From: Antedon mediterranea | Lineage: Eukaryota > Animalia > Echinodermata | Assembly: GCF_964355755.1 (NCBI RefSeq) | Contig: NC_092670.1 | Location: forward strand, 5,198,201 to 5,262,200 | Length of the DNA stretch: 64,000 bases | Reading direction: 5' to 3' | Shown here: positions 1-11,617 of the stretch, one piece after another | How positions within the stretch are numbered: the stretch's first letter is position 1 | Layout: every line of letters starts with the position of its first letter | Program-made: the position numbers and the translations under genes | Notes under the pieces: model-generated | Databases searched by the model: none | What the model saw: the letters and a program-made list of their open reading frames with translations, nothing else | What the model was told of the DNA's origin: nothing

Positions 1-207
1 GGGTTCAAGTCCCGTCACATGTCAGGATTTTTTTCAAAGGACTAAATTACAACTCTACTCCCAAAGACTTGTAATAAAACTTTGTTTATGTATTGCATCT
101 TGTATATAATGTTTGTCTTGTGAACCTCTGAGGGTTCCTAATGATCAGCAATAGCTGGATGGATCACCCTCATTATATATGGTTTAAAAAAAAAAAAAAA
201 AAAAAAA
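1..207 (+). mobile_element. tRNA-derived SINE (family A), 5' end outside the window
   Basis: B-box GGTTCAAGTCC at 2-12, poly-A tail at ~186-207, homologous inverted copy at 38745-38899. Confidence 0.75.
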
Positions 208-1101
208 TTTCAAAATACGGATTTAATGTTGACCATGGAAGTTTTCAATCGAATATGCCAATTGTGTGGTCAAAATATTACTTCATTTTCCTCCAAAAAA
301 CAAGTTAGCAATACAATTGCACCACAATAACTGATCTGTAAATGACATTCAAATACAATATTCAATTCAATTTTTTAGCTTCAAGAAAACGAAGGAAGGC
401 GATTCACATACTATTTATATCTATGCAACACAAACAAATATGCAATACAAACAAACGCTGTTAAATGTCATGTGATCTTCTAGGTATAAATGACAGTAGT
501 TTAATTGAAACCAATTAATGTTCGTATAGAAGGTTTGTTTTGTAAATTACCTAGAAAATTGAAATTACTAACATCACAGATTAAATTCTGGAGTAATTAA
601 TATTCTTAGATGTAAAATCATATCATACTGCTAATAATCAGTTCCTACTGTGAGAGAAAGCATGGCTAAAATCTACCGTATAGTCTTAAGTTTTGATCCA
701 GTCTGCAAGTTTATAGCCCAATGGCTTATGGTTGTACACAAATTTAATTGCTTAATGTACTTTGGCCTTAGATAATAAAACTAATATTGATATTGAAAAT
801 TAACAGCAAAAGGGGCATCAAGTACATAATTCAAAAATACTCAATTTAATTGAGAAAGTCACAAATATCAAAGGGTTTGTTCACACTGTACAAATCCACA
901 TGAGCTACAGTAGTGTATGCTTATGAAAAAAAAGCTAATGATTGACGAGATAACATAACCTTTATTAGGGGAGATACGCTAGATCGACATACACTGTTTT
1001 AGGAGTCACTTAAAAAGGGTAGGCGAGTGTAGTGAAAGGTTGATAGAGGGGATTTATGACAGGGAGCACAATTGTACCAAAAAAAATCCAAACAACTATA
1101 C

Positions 1102-1250
1102 CTTGTCTATCAAAGTTTCCTTCTCTCAATATACAAACAAGAGCCAGGAACTTGTTGACCTCTTTCAAGTATAAGATGGTGGCATTGTTTAGCTTAATAA
1201 TTGAGCTCGATTCAGCATCATAAGCTTGGTTTTCACTATCCTCTTTTACA
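1102..1250 (-). CDS. RRAGC: RagC/D exon 8 (roadblock domain); gene continues beyond the window start
   Basis: Manual translation (G)[49 protein letters not shown]; ttcttgcag acceptor and G|GTATA donor; 149 nt. The expected terminal LIDYNF exon was not seen in 1-1100. Confidence 0.96.
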
Positions 1251-2139
1251 CTGCAAGAAATAAAGCAAAATAGAGGTTGAATTCATACATTATTTTCAAC
1301 CTTCAAAACAGAGAGAGTGTACATGAAAAAACAAATAGATAATAAGTTTTTGAATCAATAAAATAAATCATTACAGAGACACTGGCATTTTATGTTTTAT
1401 TTTGTTACTATAAAAAAACTGTAATGAAATTCTCATTCTCTACTAAACAATGTATTTATTCATAAATATATACAGTAGTATTTAATTAAACATTCTCAAA
1501 GTTTGACCAAATAATTTGTTAAATACATTTATTCACACTTTTTGGTTCTTATTAATCTTGAAAAAACCTACTACCTCTACGGCTGCTCATTAATAATAGC
1601 TTAATGTTATCTTCATGTCTATTTAATAAATCTTATATTATTAATGTGTAAATTGTAAATCTAGTTAAACAAAATGTATTTATTGTGTATGACCAAACAC
1701 CGACTCCATACACATGCGTTATTTGAACTACCATGGGTTATAATGTATTTGCAATGTATGATAAATTGTCAGAAAGAGAAAATTGCTTCCGTATACAAAT
1801 AAATATGGCAGGTGTATTATGTTAAGGTAGATCCGGAAACTACATACATCACGTATACATGATTTATACTTGTGAAAAAATTATTAGAATTTAAGAAGAT
1901 AATAATCAATACACAGTACTATTCATCAATCTGAGCATGATATATTAAGGTTTATGTAATGTAATGAAAAAAATATCAAGATTGGTCTATTATTCTAAAG
2001 GTTTATACGACAGGAAAATAGTCCATGCGCAGTTTGATAGATATGATGAACTGACTTATATTCTTACAAACGTTTCAATGCAAAGAAAATCACATTTAGA
2101 AACTTTTAACAATGCGTATTCAATAGAAACACTTCCTCA

Positions 2140-3485
2140 AAGAACATGCACATTTAGTAGAAAAACTTCCTTAAAGGAACACACATTCAGTATAAACATT
2201 TCCTTAAGGAACAAACACATTCAGTAGAAACACTTCCGTTTAGGAACACACACATTCAGTAGAAACACTTCCGTTTAGGAACACACACATTCAGTAGGAA
2301 CACTTCCTTAAGGAACAAACACATTCAGTAGAAACACTTCCGTTTAGGAACACACACATTCAGTAGAAACACTTCCGTTTAGGAACACACACATTCAGTA
2401 GGAACACTTCCTTAAAGAACAAACACATTCAGTAGAAACACTTCCGTTTAGGAACACACACATTCAGTAGAAACACTTCCTTAAGGAACAAACACATTCA
2501 GTAGGAACACTTCCGTTTAGGAACACACACATTCAGTAGAAACACTTCCTTAAGGAACAAACACATTCAGTAGAAACACTTCCTTAAGGAACAAACATAT
2601 TCAGTAGAAACACTTCCTTAAGGAACAAACACATTCAGTAGAAACACTTCCTTAAGGAACAAACACATTCAGTAGGAACACTTCCGTTTAGGAACAAACA
2701 CATTCAGTAGAAACACTTCCTTAAGGAACAAACACATTCAGTAGAAACACTTCCTTTTAGGAACACACACATTCAGTAGGAACACTTCCTTAAAGGAACA
2801 CACACATTCAGTAGGAACACTTCCTTAAAGGAACACACGCATTCAATAGAAATACTTCCTTAAGGAACAAACACATTCAGTATAAACACTTCCTTTTAGG
2901 AACACACACATTCAGTAGGAACACTTCCTTAAAGGAACACACACATTCAATAGAAATACTTCCTTAAGGAACAAACACATTCAGTAGAAACACTTCCTTA
3001 AGGAACACACACATTCAATAGAAATACTTCCTTAAGGAACAAACACATTCAGTAGAAACACTTCCTTAAGGAACACACACATTCAGTAGGAACATTTCCT
3101 TTTAGGAACACACACATTCAGTAGGAACACTTCCTTAAAGGAACACACGCATTCAATAGAAACACTTCCTTAAAGGAACAAACACATTCAGTAGGAACAC
3201 TTCCTTAAAGGAACACATGCAGTCAGTAGAAACACTTCCTTAAAGGAACACACACATTCAGTAGGAACACTTCCTTAAAGGAACACACGCATTCAGTAGA
3301 AACACTTCCTTAAGGAACAAACACATTCAGTAGAAACACTTCCTTAAGGAACACACACATTCAGTAGGAACACTTCCTTAAAGGAACACACACATTCAGT
3401 AGGAACACTTCCTTAAAGGAACACACGCAGTCAGTAGAAACACTTCCTTTCAAGAACACCCACATTCAGAAGAAAAACTTCCTTT
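2140..3485. repeat. Minisatellite, 34-35 bp unit, roughly 39 copies
   Basis: Unit TTCAGTAGAAACACTTCCTTAAGGAACAAACACA with variants; contains the palindrome TTCCTTAAGGAA. Confidence 0.97.
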
Positions 3486-4674
3486 TATAAAGTACGAAAT
3501 ATTTTTTAAAGAACTTCTTTTAGGGATATTTAACTTTGGTTTCTGTTAAGTATAAAAAGAAGGAGCCATTCAATGACAGAGAAAAAGAGAACTTTACTCA
3601 TCATGTCATACCAGATACTACTGTCTGAACTATATTATATCTGTTTTTCTGTTTATCTGAATTTGGAACATTTTGGGCCTCAAGTCTATTTTTAGAAAAG
3701 TAGAATTTAAATCAACATAATTATGTTAGATTTACTTTTAAGGGATTAAATTTGTATTAATAATGTTGAGAGATTATAACCGTGAACCAATGAATCATTA
3801 AATACATCTATTTTCACCACTTTGTCCTAACTCCCAAGTACATTAAACTGTAAAGCATTCCATTTCCATTATGAAAACCAATAGATTGATAACCAGATAT
3901 AAATGGGGTATTCATTTCATAATTTCTCGATTAAGATTGTATTTCAAGTCACATGTCCATCAAATGTTTTGCCTCAGGTGACAAACGCTTTTTTCCAATT
4001 TTAACATAATTAGTATAAAGATACTGTAGGTGTAGAATTATTTGTATTGGGTCAAATTTTTCTACTTGAATAATCAACTCTGGGCTTGTTTTTTTATGTA
4101 TTATTATAAAAAAAACAAAACAAAAAACCCTTAAAACATCAGTGCATATATGTATTGATTCAAATATGAATACCATTACCAGTATTAATTTTTGTCTTGA
4201 TCATTTTCCACATACACTACCTGTTTAATTAACTTTAATCACTAGAAATAAAGACTGACCAGTCGTTCTCAACTTTCTGTTGAATCATGGTTTAAAAAGT
4301 TTTTGACAGAGTTTAAATTACACAGACTTTAGTAAATAATGCAAAAGGTATGATCAGGCTAATAACCTGTAAAAAAGACTTCTCCAAGCAGATTTATAAG
4401 TACATTTTATAGAATAGCATTAAGTTCCCATCTCTCATAATCAATGTTTCATGTAATGAAGTGTGAATGTGAATGTATACATTTTACAAAAATAGCTACC
4501 ATATTCTCAACTAATGCACACTTTTATAAAAGCATAGTAAAAGTTGATTAGTGTCAACCTCATGGGATTAGGTATCCAAGATTTAGTAGTCATCACAACT
4601 AAGTTGAATGACCAAGCAATTAAGCCTCAAAGGCCCACAAACCAAAGTCATAATATTGTTCAAGTCTATACTCG

Positions 4675-4830
4675 GCCATTGGTTCTGGTGGTAGAATAAG
4701 TCTTCTTACTTAAAATGAAAGTCCAGTGTACATGTGCACGCAGAACTCCAAAGAACTCAGAGAATCATTTGTGATGAGTAGGGGGTTACCCCATGTTCTG
4801 GTTCAAATTTAGCCGTGTTGTGGGGCCTGC
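4675..4830 (+). mobile_element. Degenerate Deu/Nin-domain-like SINE remnant
   Basis: AAAGAAC...GAGTAGGGGGTTACCCC...TCTGG motif, shared with the 50018-50260 copy. Confidence 0.45.
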
Positions 4831-5260
4831 TGTTTATAACAGGTTCACCTACACCGTATCCCCCTAGCTTTGTTTTGAGCAGCTGCAATAGAGATCATCA
4901 CAACAAGAACTAAACCACTATTTTATGAGTGAATGAATGAAACAAACAAATAAAAACACATTCTCTATTTTTGTTTTATATACACACCTACTGTAAAGAG
5001 AAACTTTACTACAATTTATTTCTTCCATCTGGAATTGAATGTCGAAAATAGGCCACACAAATTACATCACTCGGATGTTGGTCCTGGTTACACTGTAGAT
5101 AGCACACTACAAGTCATTTTTCAAATGTGGAATAGCCAGCCTCGTGATACAAAAAATTCTCAAGAAAAAAAAACTGAACATGCAAAAAATAATTTAATAG
5201 AATTGTACGCTTGGTGCGATAGAATAGAACTGAAGGATATAATTAGTCGTATATTTATAA

Positions 5261-5406
5261 ATTTTGGCATGAAAATAAAAATCTGAAGTTGAATAAGAAA
5301 GTACTTATTTTCAACAGAATCATAAAAATCCAAAAAATATGAAACATATACAGGTATTTGTGGCCATTATGACCATGACAGCTGTGTGATCAAAACAGGG
5401 GTATTT
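5261..5406 (+). repeat. ~145-bp near-identical duplicate of 6575-6721
   Basis: ATTTTGGCATGAAAATAAAAATCTG...CAAAACAGGGGTATTT occurs twice, about 1.3 kb apart. Confidence 0.9.
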
Positions 5407-6364
5407 TAAACAAAAAGAAGTACTAAAGAAATTAACTTGATATTGTCTCAGATGTAATAAATACCCACGAGTCTTCAGATATGCGATATTAAAATATATT
5501 TTCAAGAATAGGAAGTATGATGATAGATATACCTTCCCAAGACTCTTGTAAAACATATACTAAATGCCATTATAGTGCAAATTTATGTATTTATTCATAA
5601 TATTTTACCAGGTTGACACAATCAATAAAAAAGATGTGTTTTCTCTAGGGCTCTTGGTAATACATAATTGAGCACATGATACTGTTTTAGTGCACTGCAC
5701 CTTGCATTCTATCAGTATCAGTATATGCACGCATTGTCATGTTTTCTTCTTTTTTTTCCATTTAATATTTGCTAATCCCACCTTTTTGATTTGATCTTTG
5801 CATCTGTGTACTACACAAATTAGTTAAATTAAATATTGACTTGTTGAAGCTAAAAAGAGTCCAAGTCGGATCTGGGCAGATACAAAAGTGGAAACACTGG
5901 CAGAAAAAAGCTGACCTTGAGTTTTGAGTCTACTTTAAATTAGGCTTTGAGAGAACCTGGTCCTGCTAGTATTCTTAGACAATTTGTTTTAGAAGGAAAA
6001 TTAAAATGTATGATTTTGAATTAATCTTCTAAAAAATTGTATTTCTAACGTATAATGTAAAACGAACTATCTTATTCTCCGATTGTATATCTTTAGTTTG
6101 ATTGAATCTTACATGCATCAATGAGAATATCCATAGGCGTTGTACATTTGTTCATCAGTTAATGACTATGTTACATTACATTTCTTTCCTCTACAGAACG
6201 CATCATCAGAAACATATCCCTAGGTGTAGCATTCCAATATTCTTCCAAAAAACTCATTTACTTTATTAATCCGTGCTTTTGAATAAGCTGTCTTACAATA
6301 TTAAATTGTAGGAAGCTTATGATTTGTGAATAGCCAAAGACTAATGCACCAATCATCATTATAA

Positions 6365-6665
6365 AGCGCGGGTACAGGCATGAATTTTAAATATAATATC
6401 TGGTTAAATGTACATAAATCAATATACCTGTAAAAGAAATCACAAAGAATTTCCTTTAATGGCCAAATACTTGACAAAATTCTGCTATAAAGTCATGACT
6501 TTTTGTCAGTAGTTAGGTAGTTTAAACAATGTAATACATATCTGGTGACTCCCTATAAAGTGAAAAGAGTGATCATTTTGGCATGAAAATAAAAATCTGA
6601 AGTTGAATAAGAAAGTACTTATTTTCAACAGAATCATAAAAATCCAAAAAATAATGAAACATATA
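6365..6665 (+). mobile_element. Truncated copy of the Kolobok-like element at 58052-58650
   Basis: GGTACAGGCATGAATTTT...TCAGTAGTTAGGTAGTTTAA...TCTGGTGACTCCCTA...GCATGAAAATAAAAATCTGAAGTTGAAT shared with 58052-58350. Confidence 0.75.
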
Positions 6666-6967
6666 CAGGTATTTGTGGCCATTATGACCATGACAGCTGT
6701 GTGATCAAAACAGGGGTATTTAACAGTAGTTGCAGGATAGGAATAGACACTTCTATTCTTTAATAATAGAAATCCTACTGTACAGATACAAATTACATAC
6801 ATATATTAGATTAAAAATCAACATTTAAATTTCCAACAAACAGCTACATTTATCCAGTCCCGTTTTTAATGACTAAATATGGCGAGACAGACATACGGTA
6901 CAATAAGTAATTAAAACAACAATGTAGAATATATAATTGTTGCCACACTATGAGTAGTTTATTGGAG

Positions 6968-7210
6968 TTGGATAGCCGAGTGGTTAGGACACTTGACTGT
7001 CATACAGATAGACCCGGGTTCAATTCCCAACAACTCCCAGTCCACTCAGCTGTAAATGAGTACCTAGTTGAAAATACTAGGGAGAAAAAATGTGGCGTGG
7101 AAAGGAACATGGCCACCCTATCACATAATGCCATAATGCATAATGAGGCTTAGTACAATGAGCTCCTAACAGCTCATTTACGTTCAGAGAACACGGGACT
7201 CACCTCACCC
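6968..7210 (+). mobile_element. Full-length tRNA-derived SINE (family B)
   Basis: A-box TAGCCGAGTGG, B-box GGTTCAATTCC, core GTCCACTCAGCTGTAAATGAGTACC, short ACCT-type tail; highly similar inverted copy at 42872-43108. Confidence 0.88.
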
Positions 7211-8054
7211 ATGAGTAGTTTAAAAAAGGAACATGAATCCCTTTACTGACTGCTATCAATACCACCAGATATTACAACAATATGTTTGCAGTTAATAATG
7301 AACTGGACATAATACAATGGTAAGAAAATATATGAAATAAATATTTTACAAATAAGATGTGACAGGGCACATTAACTGGGTAATAAAATAGTACAAATAG
7401 CTAGATAATCCTTACTGAAATATTGTATTTTCAAACAAGATTTAATCTATTGTAATGAATGAAAATTACAGTATTAAACCACCTGCCAATTGGCAAAGAT
7501 GCAAACACTACACCAGTTGATTTCTACTGTAATTACAATGAAACAATGCTATAACAGGTAATTGCATTTTGTGATGCTTGACTTCTTGGGGCCTGCTGCA
7601 AGGAAATACTAAGTGATGGTTAAAAGGACGTCTTTTGACAAGTTTATCACGAGTCCGCGGTGCATGAGACGATTTGATCAAGAGTGGTCACAGTTGAATG
7701 ATTTTGTCCGGCCGGCTATGCTTTCGTGTACTGTTCTGCTGATGCGAAAACTCTATTCAAAGGTAATTAGAGCGATGGGCCGCGCAATGGGCTTATATAG
7801 CCAGCTGGGCTTATAGCATCCAGTATGCTCAAATCCCTGCAAAATTTGGCGATAAAACGTGACATTTTGACACGGATGGGCGGGCCAGGGACTTAACATA
7901 CTAATTTCACCCTGTCATTTCCCACACTTGTGCTACCAACTCTCCATATTTTCCCACGCTACCAGGCCCTCGAAAATATACCCGTAAATGCGGCACCTCC
8001 CCGTATAGAAATATTTAAGAGTGACAACCATGTATAGACAAAAATTATATAAAT

Positions 8055-8225
8055 ATAAATGCAAAGGCAAATTACTGAAAAAATGACAATGCTGTGGGTA
8101 TCAGTGGCTGGATCTCAATGGAGATACAAAAAAAAAGGAGAAAAGAAAAATCAAAACGATAAAGTAAAACCGCCAGAAAAGTTAGCAGAGCTTTCTGTCA
8201 ACACTAGCCCTTCATCAGTGCAAGT
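8055..8225 (-). mobile_element. Penelope-like repeat with a minimal hammerhead motif (copy A)
   Basis: Minus strand TTGCA-CTGATGA-A-GGGCTAGTGTTGACA-GAAA-GCTC-TGCTAA followed by a ~125-nt body shared with 40765-40929, 52190-52312 and 26435-26562. Confidence 0.75.
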
Positions 8226-8441
8226 ATATGATCTTGTTCAGCGGAGATTATGTAATATTACAAAGATTATAAACAACAATATTTTTGGTATTCTGTGGAA
8301 ATTTTGATTTAGATTTAGTTCTGTTATTATACATATAATAGACAAACTGTGTTTTTCAAATTTATAAATGAATTCTGGAAAATAAGTGAGACCATGGAAT
8401 CCTAAGTGATTTGAAGATATATCTAAATTTTTAAATACAAA

Positions 8442-9327
8442 GGGTATGTTCAGACTCACGGAGTTACGGTGGAGTTATGTACGCGGCGTACATATTTTTG
8501 TGTCTGAACCATGCCGCGGATTAGCGTTAGGGAGCTGTTACTCCGCGCCAGTGGCGTTAATAACTCCAGCGGGAGAGGGTAGATTTCATAAGGCTAATCC
8601 ATTGATGCATCAGTGATTTCAACCTCTGGTCAACGTCAGCCAATGAAAAGACACGACCGCAATTATCAGCAGTCTATTCGCGAGGTTTTTTTTTAATAGC
8701 AAAACAATATAGCCTATTCCTCGAGCTAGCCTAGATCTACAGCAACATTCGAATTAAAATGAAACGTGTTACATGGAAAAGTACAGAAGTGGCTGATTTG
8801 GTTTCATTATGGGGCAGCCCTGAATTTATAGACAAGATAGAAATTAGAAATTGGAAAGCTAGCGCCGGCAACAAGATGGCTGTTTTTAAAGAAATTGCAT
8901 CTAAACTGCAAAATTCTTCCTGAGACAAAGTTGGCGTCGGCGACATGATTTCACAAAATTAATTAAAATCATACAAATAATGGTCAAGTCATTGTCAGTG
9001 TAATAATTATGTTCAAAATATCTATCTTCTGTAAGGATTTGCAAAAAAATCGTCAAAAAAACCATTACATTTGAAGGTAACATTTTATTATATTGCTAGG
9101 CCTAGCTAGTGTTGTAAACTTTCGCGCGCGTGTCACTCTCAGCTCTGTTGTTGTTATTGTGTGTATGTATCCCATCGGCCGTTTCGGTATGACAGAACTT
9201 CCGCTTTAAACGCAAGACGTTTGGAATGCTAATCGTTGTGTCTGAACACCTTGACTTTTAACGCCACGGATTACCGTACGCCTTGCGTAGATAACTCCAC
9301 CGTAACTCCGTGAGTCTGAACATACCC
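8442..9327 (+). mobile_element. Non-autonomous PIF/Harbinger-like DNA transposon
   Basis: 37-bp perfect TIRs (GGGTATGTTCAGACTCACGGAGTTACGGTGGAGTTAT), AAA on both flanks (3-bp TSD), and an internal Myb/SANT-like ORF fragment. Confidence 0.85.
8759..8923 (+). pseudogene. Truncated Myb/SANT-like (trihelix) DNA-binding ORF of the Harbinger element
   Basis: MKRVTWKSTEVADLVSLWGSPEFIDKIEIRNWKASAGNKMAVFKEIASKLQNSS*. The W-xxx-E-xxx-L-xxx-W and VF-x-EIA-x-x-L spacing fits Myb_DNA-bind_4-type domains; the third helix is missing. Confidence 0.7.
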
Positions 9328-10290
9328 AAAGTTGCTTTAATATCAATCTTAATTGGAGCTCTGGATATCGATATCTCTAGCCCATGTCCACTACTTGAAA
9401 TTAAGACAACAAACAATAGTTATATTTCCTTTCCACCCTTCAGATTTTAATACCGATATAGAAGCAATTACTTTACAATCGGTACATTGTTCTGGTAAAA
9501 ATGGTTTTAGAAAAACACTGGAGAAAAATATAGAAACATTAGAAATACAAAATATCTGTTAAAATCACAGTAATGAAAGAAATTAAATGATGTTTGCATT
9601 GTTTTGCATAATTTGTTGGTACAAAGTTGACAATATAGCTTTGGACCAGTACAAAGTTGACCAATATAGCTTTTGACCAATTGGGTGTTGAATATCAAGA
9701 AGTCAACAAGATGAATGTCAGATCAACTTGACGATGGGATTAATTGGTTTAATTAAATGACTACCGTACTTACAAAAATATGTTTTAGATTTGATTCTTG
9801 AGAGTGTTTCAGTGTGGTTTTGAGTTATAGTTAAACTTATATTTAGATTTAGATTATTTTTTAGTTTTAAAATGCCTTCTAGTATCTCTTAAATTTATCT
9901 TAGTAATCACCTTGGCATTTAGAAACCGAACAGCGCACTAATAATTTTGGTGTCGGTCAGTTCATAAACAAGATATAATTGATCCATCGGACACAACTTT
10001 GTGCTTTAATCCAATTAGATTTGCTATGTAAATCATTAATTTTAAGTGGTCATACAGTAAAGTTCATGAGAACTAGAATGCTTGGAATTTCCTTCAGACA
10101 CAGGAATAGATCTAATTATATAGTCTTTTCGAAAGGAATTGCATTACGGCTTAGTTTTACAACATAAATATACAATAGATGTACCCTGTACTTTACACTA
10201 CATCTTAAATTATTTTAAAAGTAGCAGTTAGATCTTTGCAGGCCTGTTGAGAAGCTGGACTTAAGATGATTATCTGTTACTAACCTTTAA

Positions 10291-10422
10291 ACCTCTTCTA
10301 CACTCAAAGTTTTTGACAACATTTGATGTGCCCATATATGAACAATGTCATATCACCATATGACCATATTTGGGCACATCACACTTTTTTTGTCAAACTA
10401 GTTTGATAGTGTAGACAGAGCT
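10291..10422. mobile_element. MITE flanked by TTAA
   Basis: TIR consensus AGCTCTGTCTACACTATCAAA with internal inverted GATGTGCCCA; second partial copy at ~20832-20970. Confidence 0.7.
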
Positions 10423-11617
10423 TTAACATTGTAAAGTAATTAAACTTTGATAATAAGATTAGTTAGTCTAGCAGGAGTCCACTAGTGCAAGATGCTCGGC
10501 CAAAGCAAACAGAATGTTTTAATAATCTACAGTATAGTAATCTTTTATTTGATTTACATTTTGCAATGTAATTTAAAAAAAAAAATAAAAAATGACCTTT
10601 CAATATTTTCTATGTCAAACAAACAGCACTAATTCTAGGCTCAAGATCTATTACATGATAGTTCTAATCCTAAAAGTACACTGCAATGAGTACAGTACTA
10701 TACTGTATGTAAATTGTAGGAGAAATTATCTCTTATAATTTTAGTCAGTGAAATAAAACCATTTCAAAGACATAGCATATGTAAATTACAACTAAATAAT
10801 ACTTATTAAGGGCCAATTTTAGGAGGATATTTTTAGGGACTATTTTAAGTCATACATTCTTCACAAAATTCATCATTATTATTGTCTATTCACAATTTTT
10901 CAAATTGACATTAATAAATTTCCATTTCAGCTGTTAATTCAATAGATTGATTGTAATCTCATTATAACATGTAATCATTCATAAAAAAATTATATATAAC
11001 TATTAATCATTTTTATGCCTAACAAAAAGTTGTTGCATAAAACTAAACTTTAAAAATAATCAATTATAAAAATCAATGCAGTCTTATGCACACAAGAGTA
11101 CGATAAATCAAATTGAAAACTTGTTTATTTATTATACTCTGTACTTGAATTTTAATTTTAGAATTGCAATTATCACACATAAAGACAATTCATGTCATGA
11201 GGTATGAAGACTACTACAGTATCACGACTCATTACTATCCTGTTAATAAATAACTGTACATTTCAAACTCATTAAATTTATGACAACTTTTTTTTGTTTG
11301 CTTGGAGAATGAATGTTAAATTGAGCGAGGCAGATGTTAGGTCATCGATCTCTTGAAGGTTCCATGTTTCTCATGTACATCCAAAAAATCAATAAGGCAT
11401 ATTATGGCAATAACATTTCACAGTTAATTGAGAGGAATTTGATACAGAAATTAAAACAATTCAAATTGTGATATTTTAGCGTGTTTAACATTCATTAGAA
11501 CACTATATGCATACGCTTGATAATATATCAGTTAAATAACATATTTTATGTTTTGTCAACAACCTACAGTATTGACTTCTTCAAACTAATATTTGGATTG
11601 GTCAATATAGCTTAGAC

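Noticed and set aside
2140-3485. CRISPR-like array (34-35 bp palindromic repeats)
   Set aside because: Repeats are contiguous with no unique spacers, and the context is a eukaryotic intron with no cas genes.
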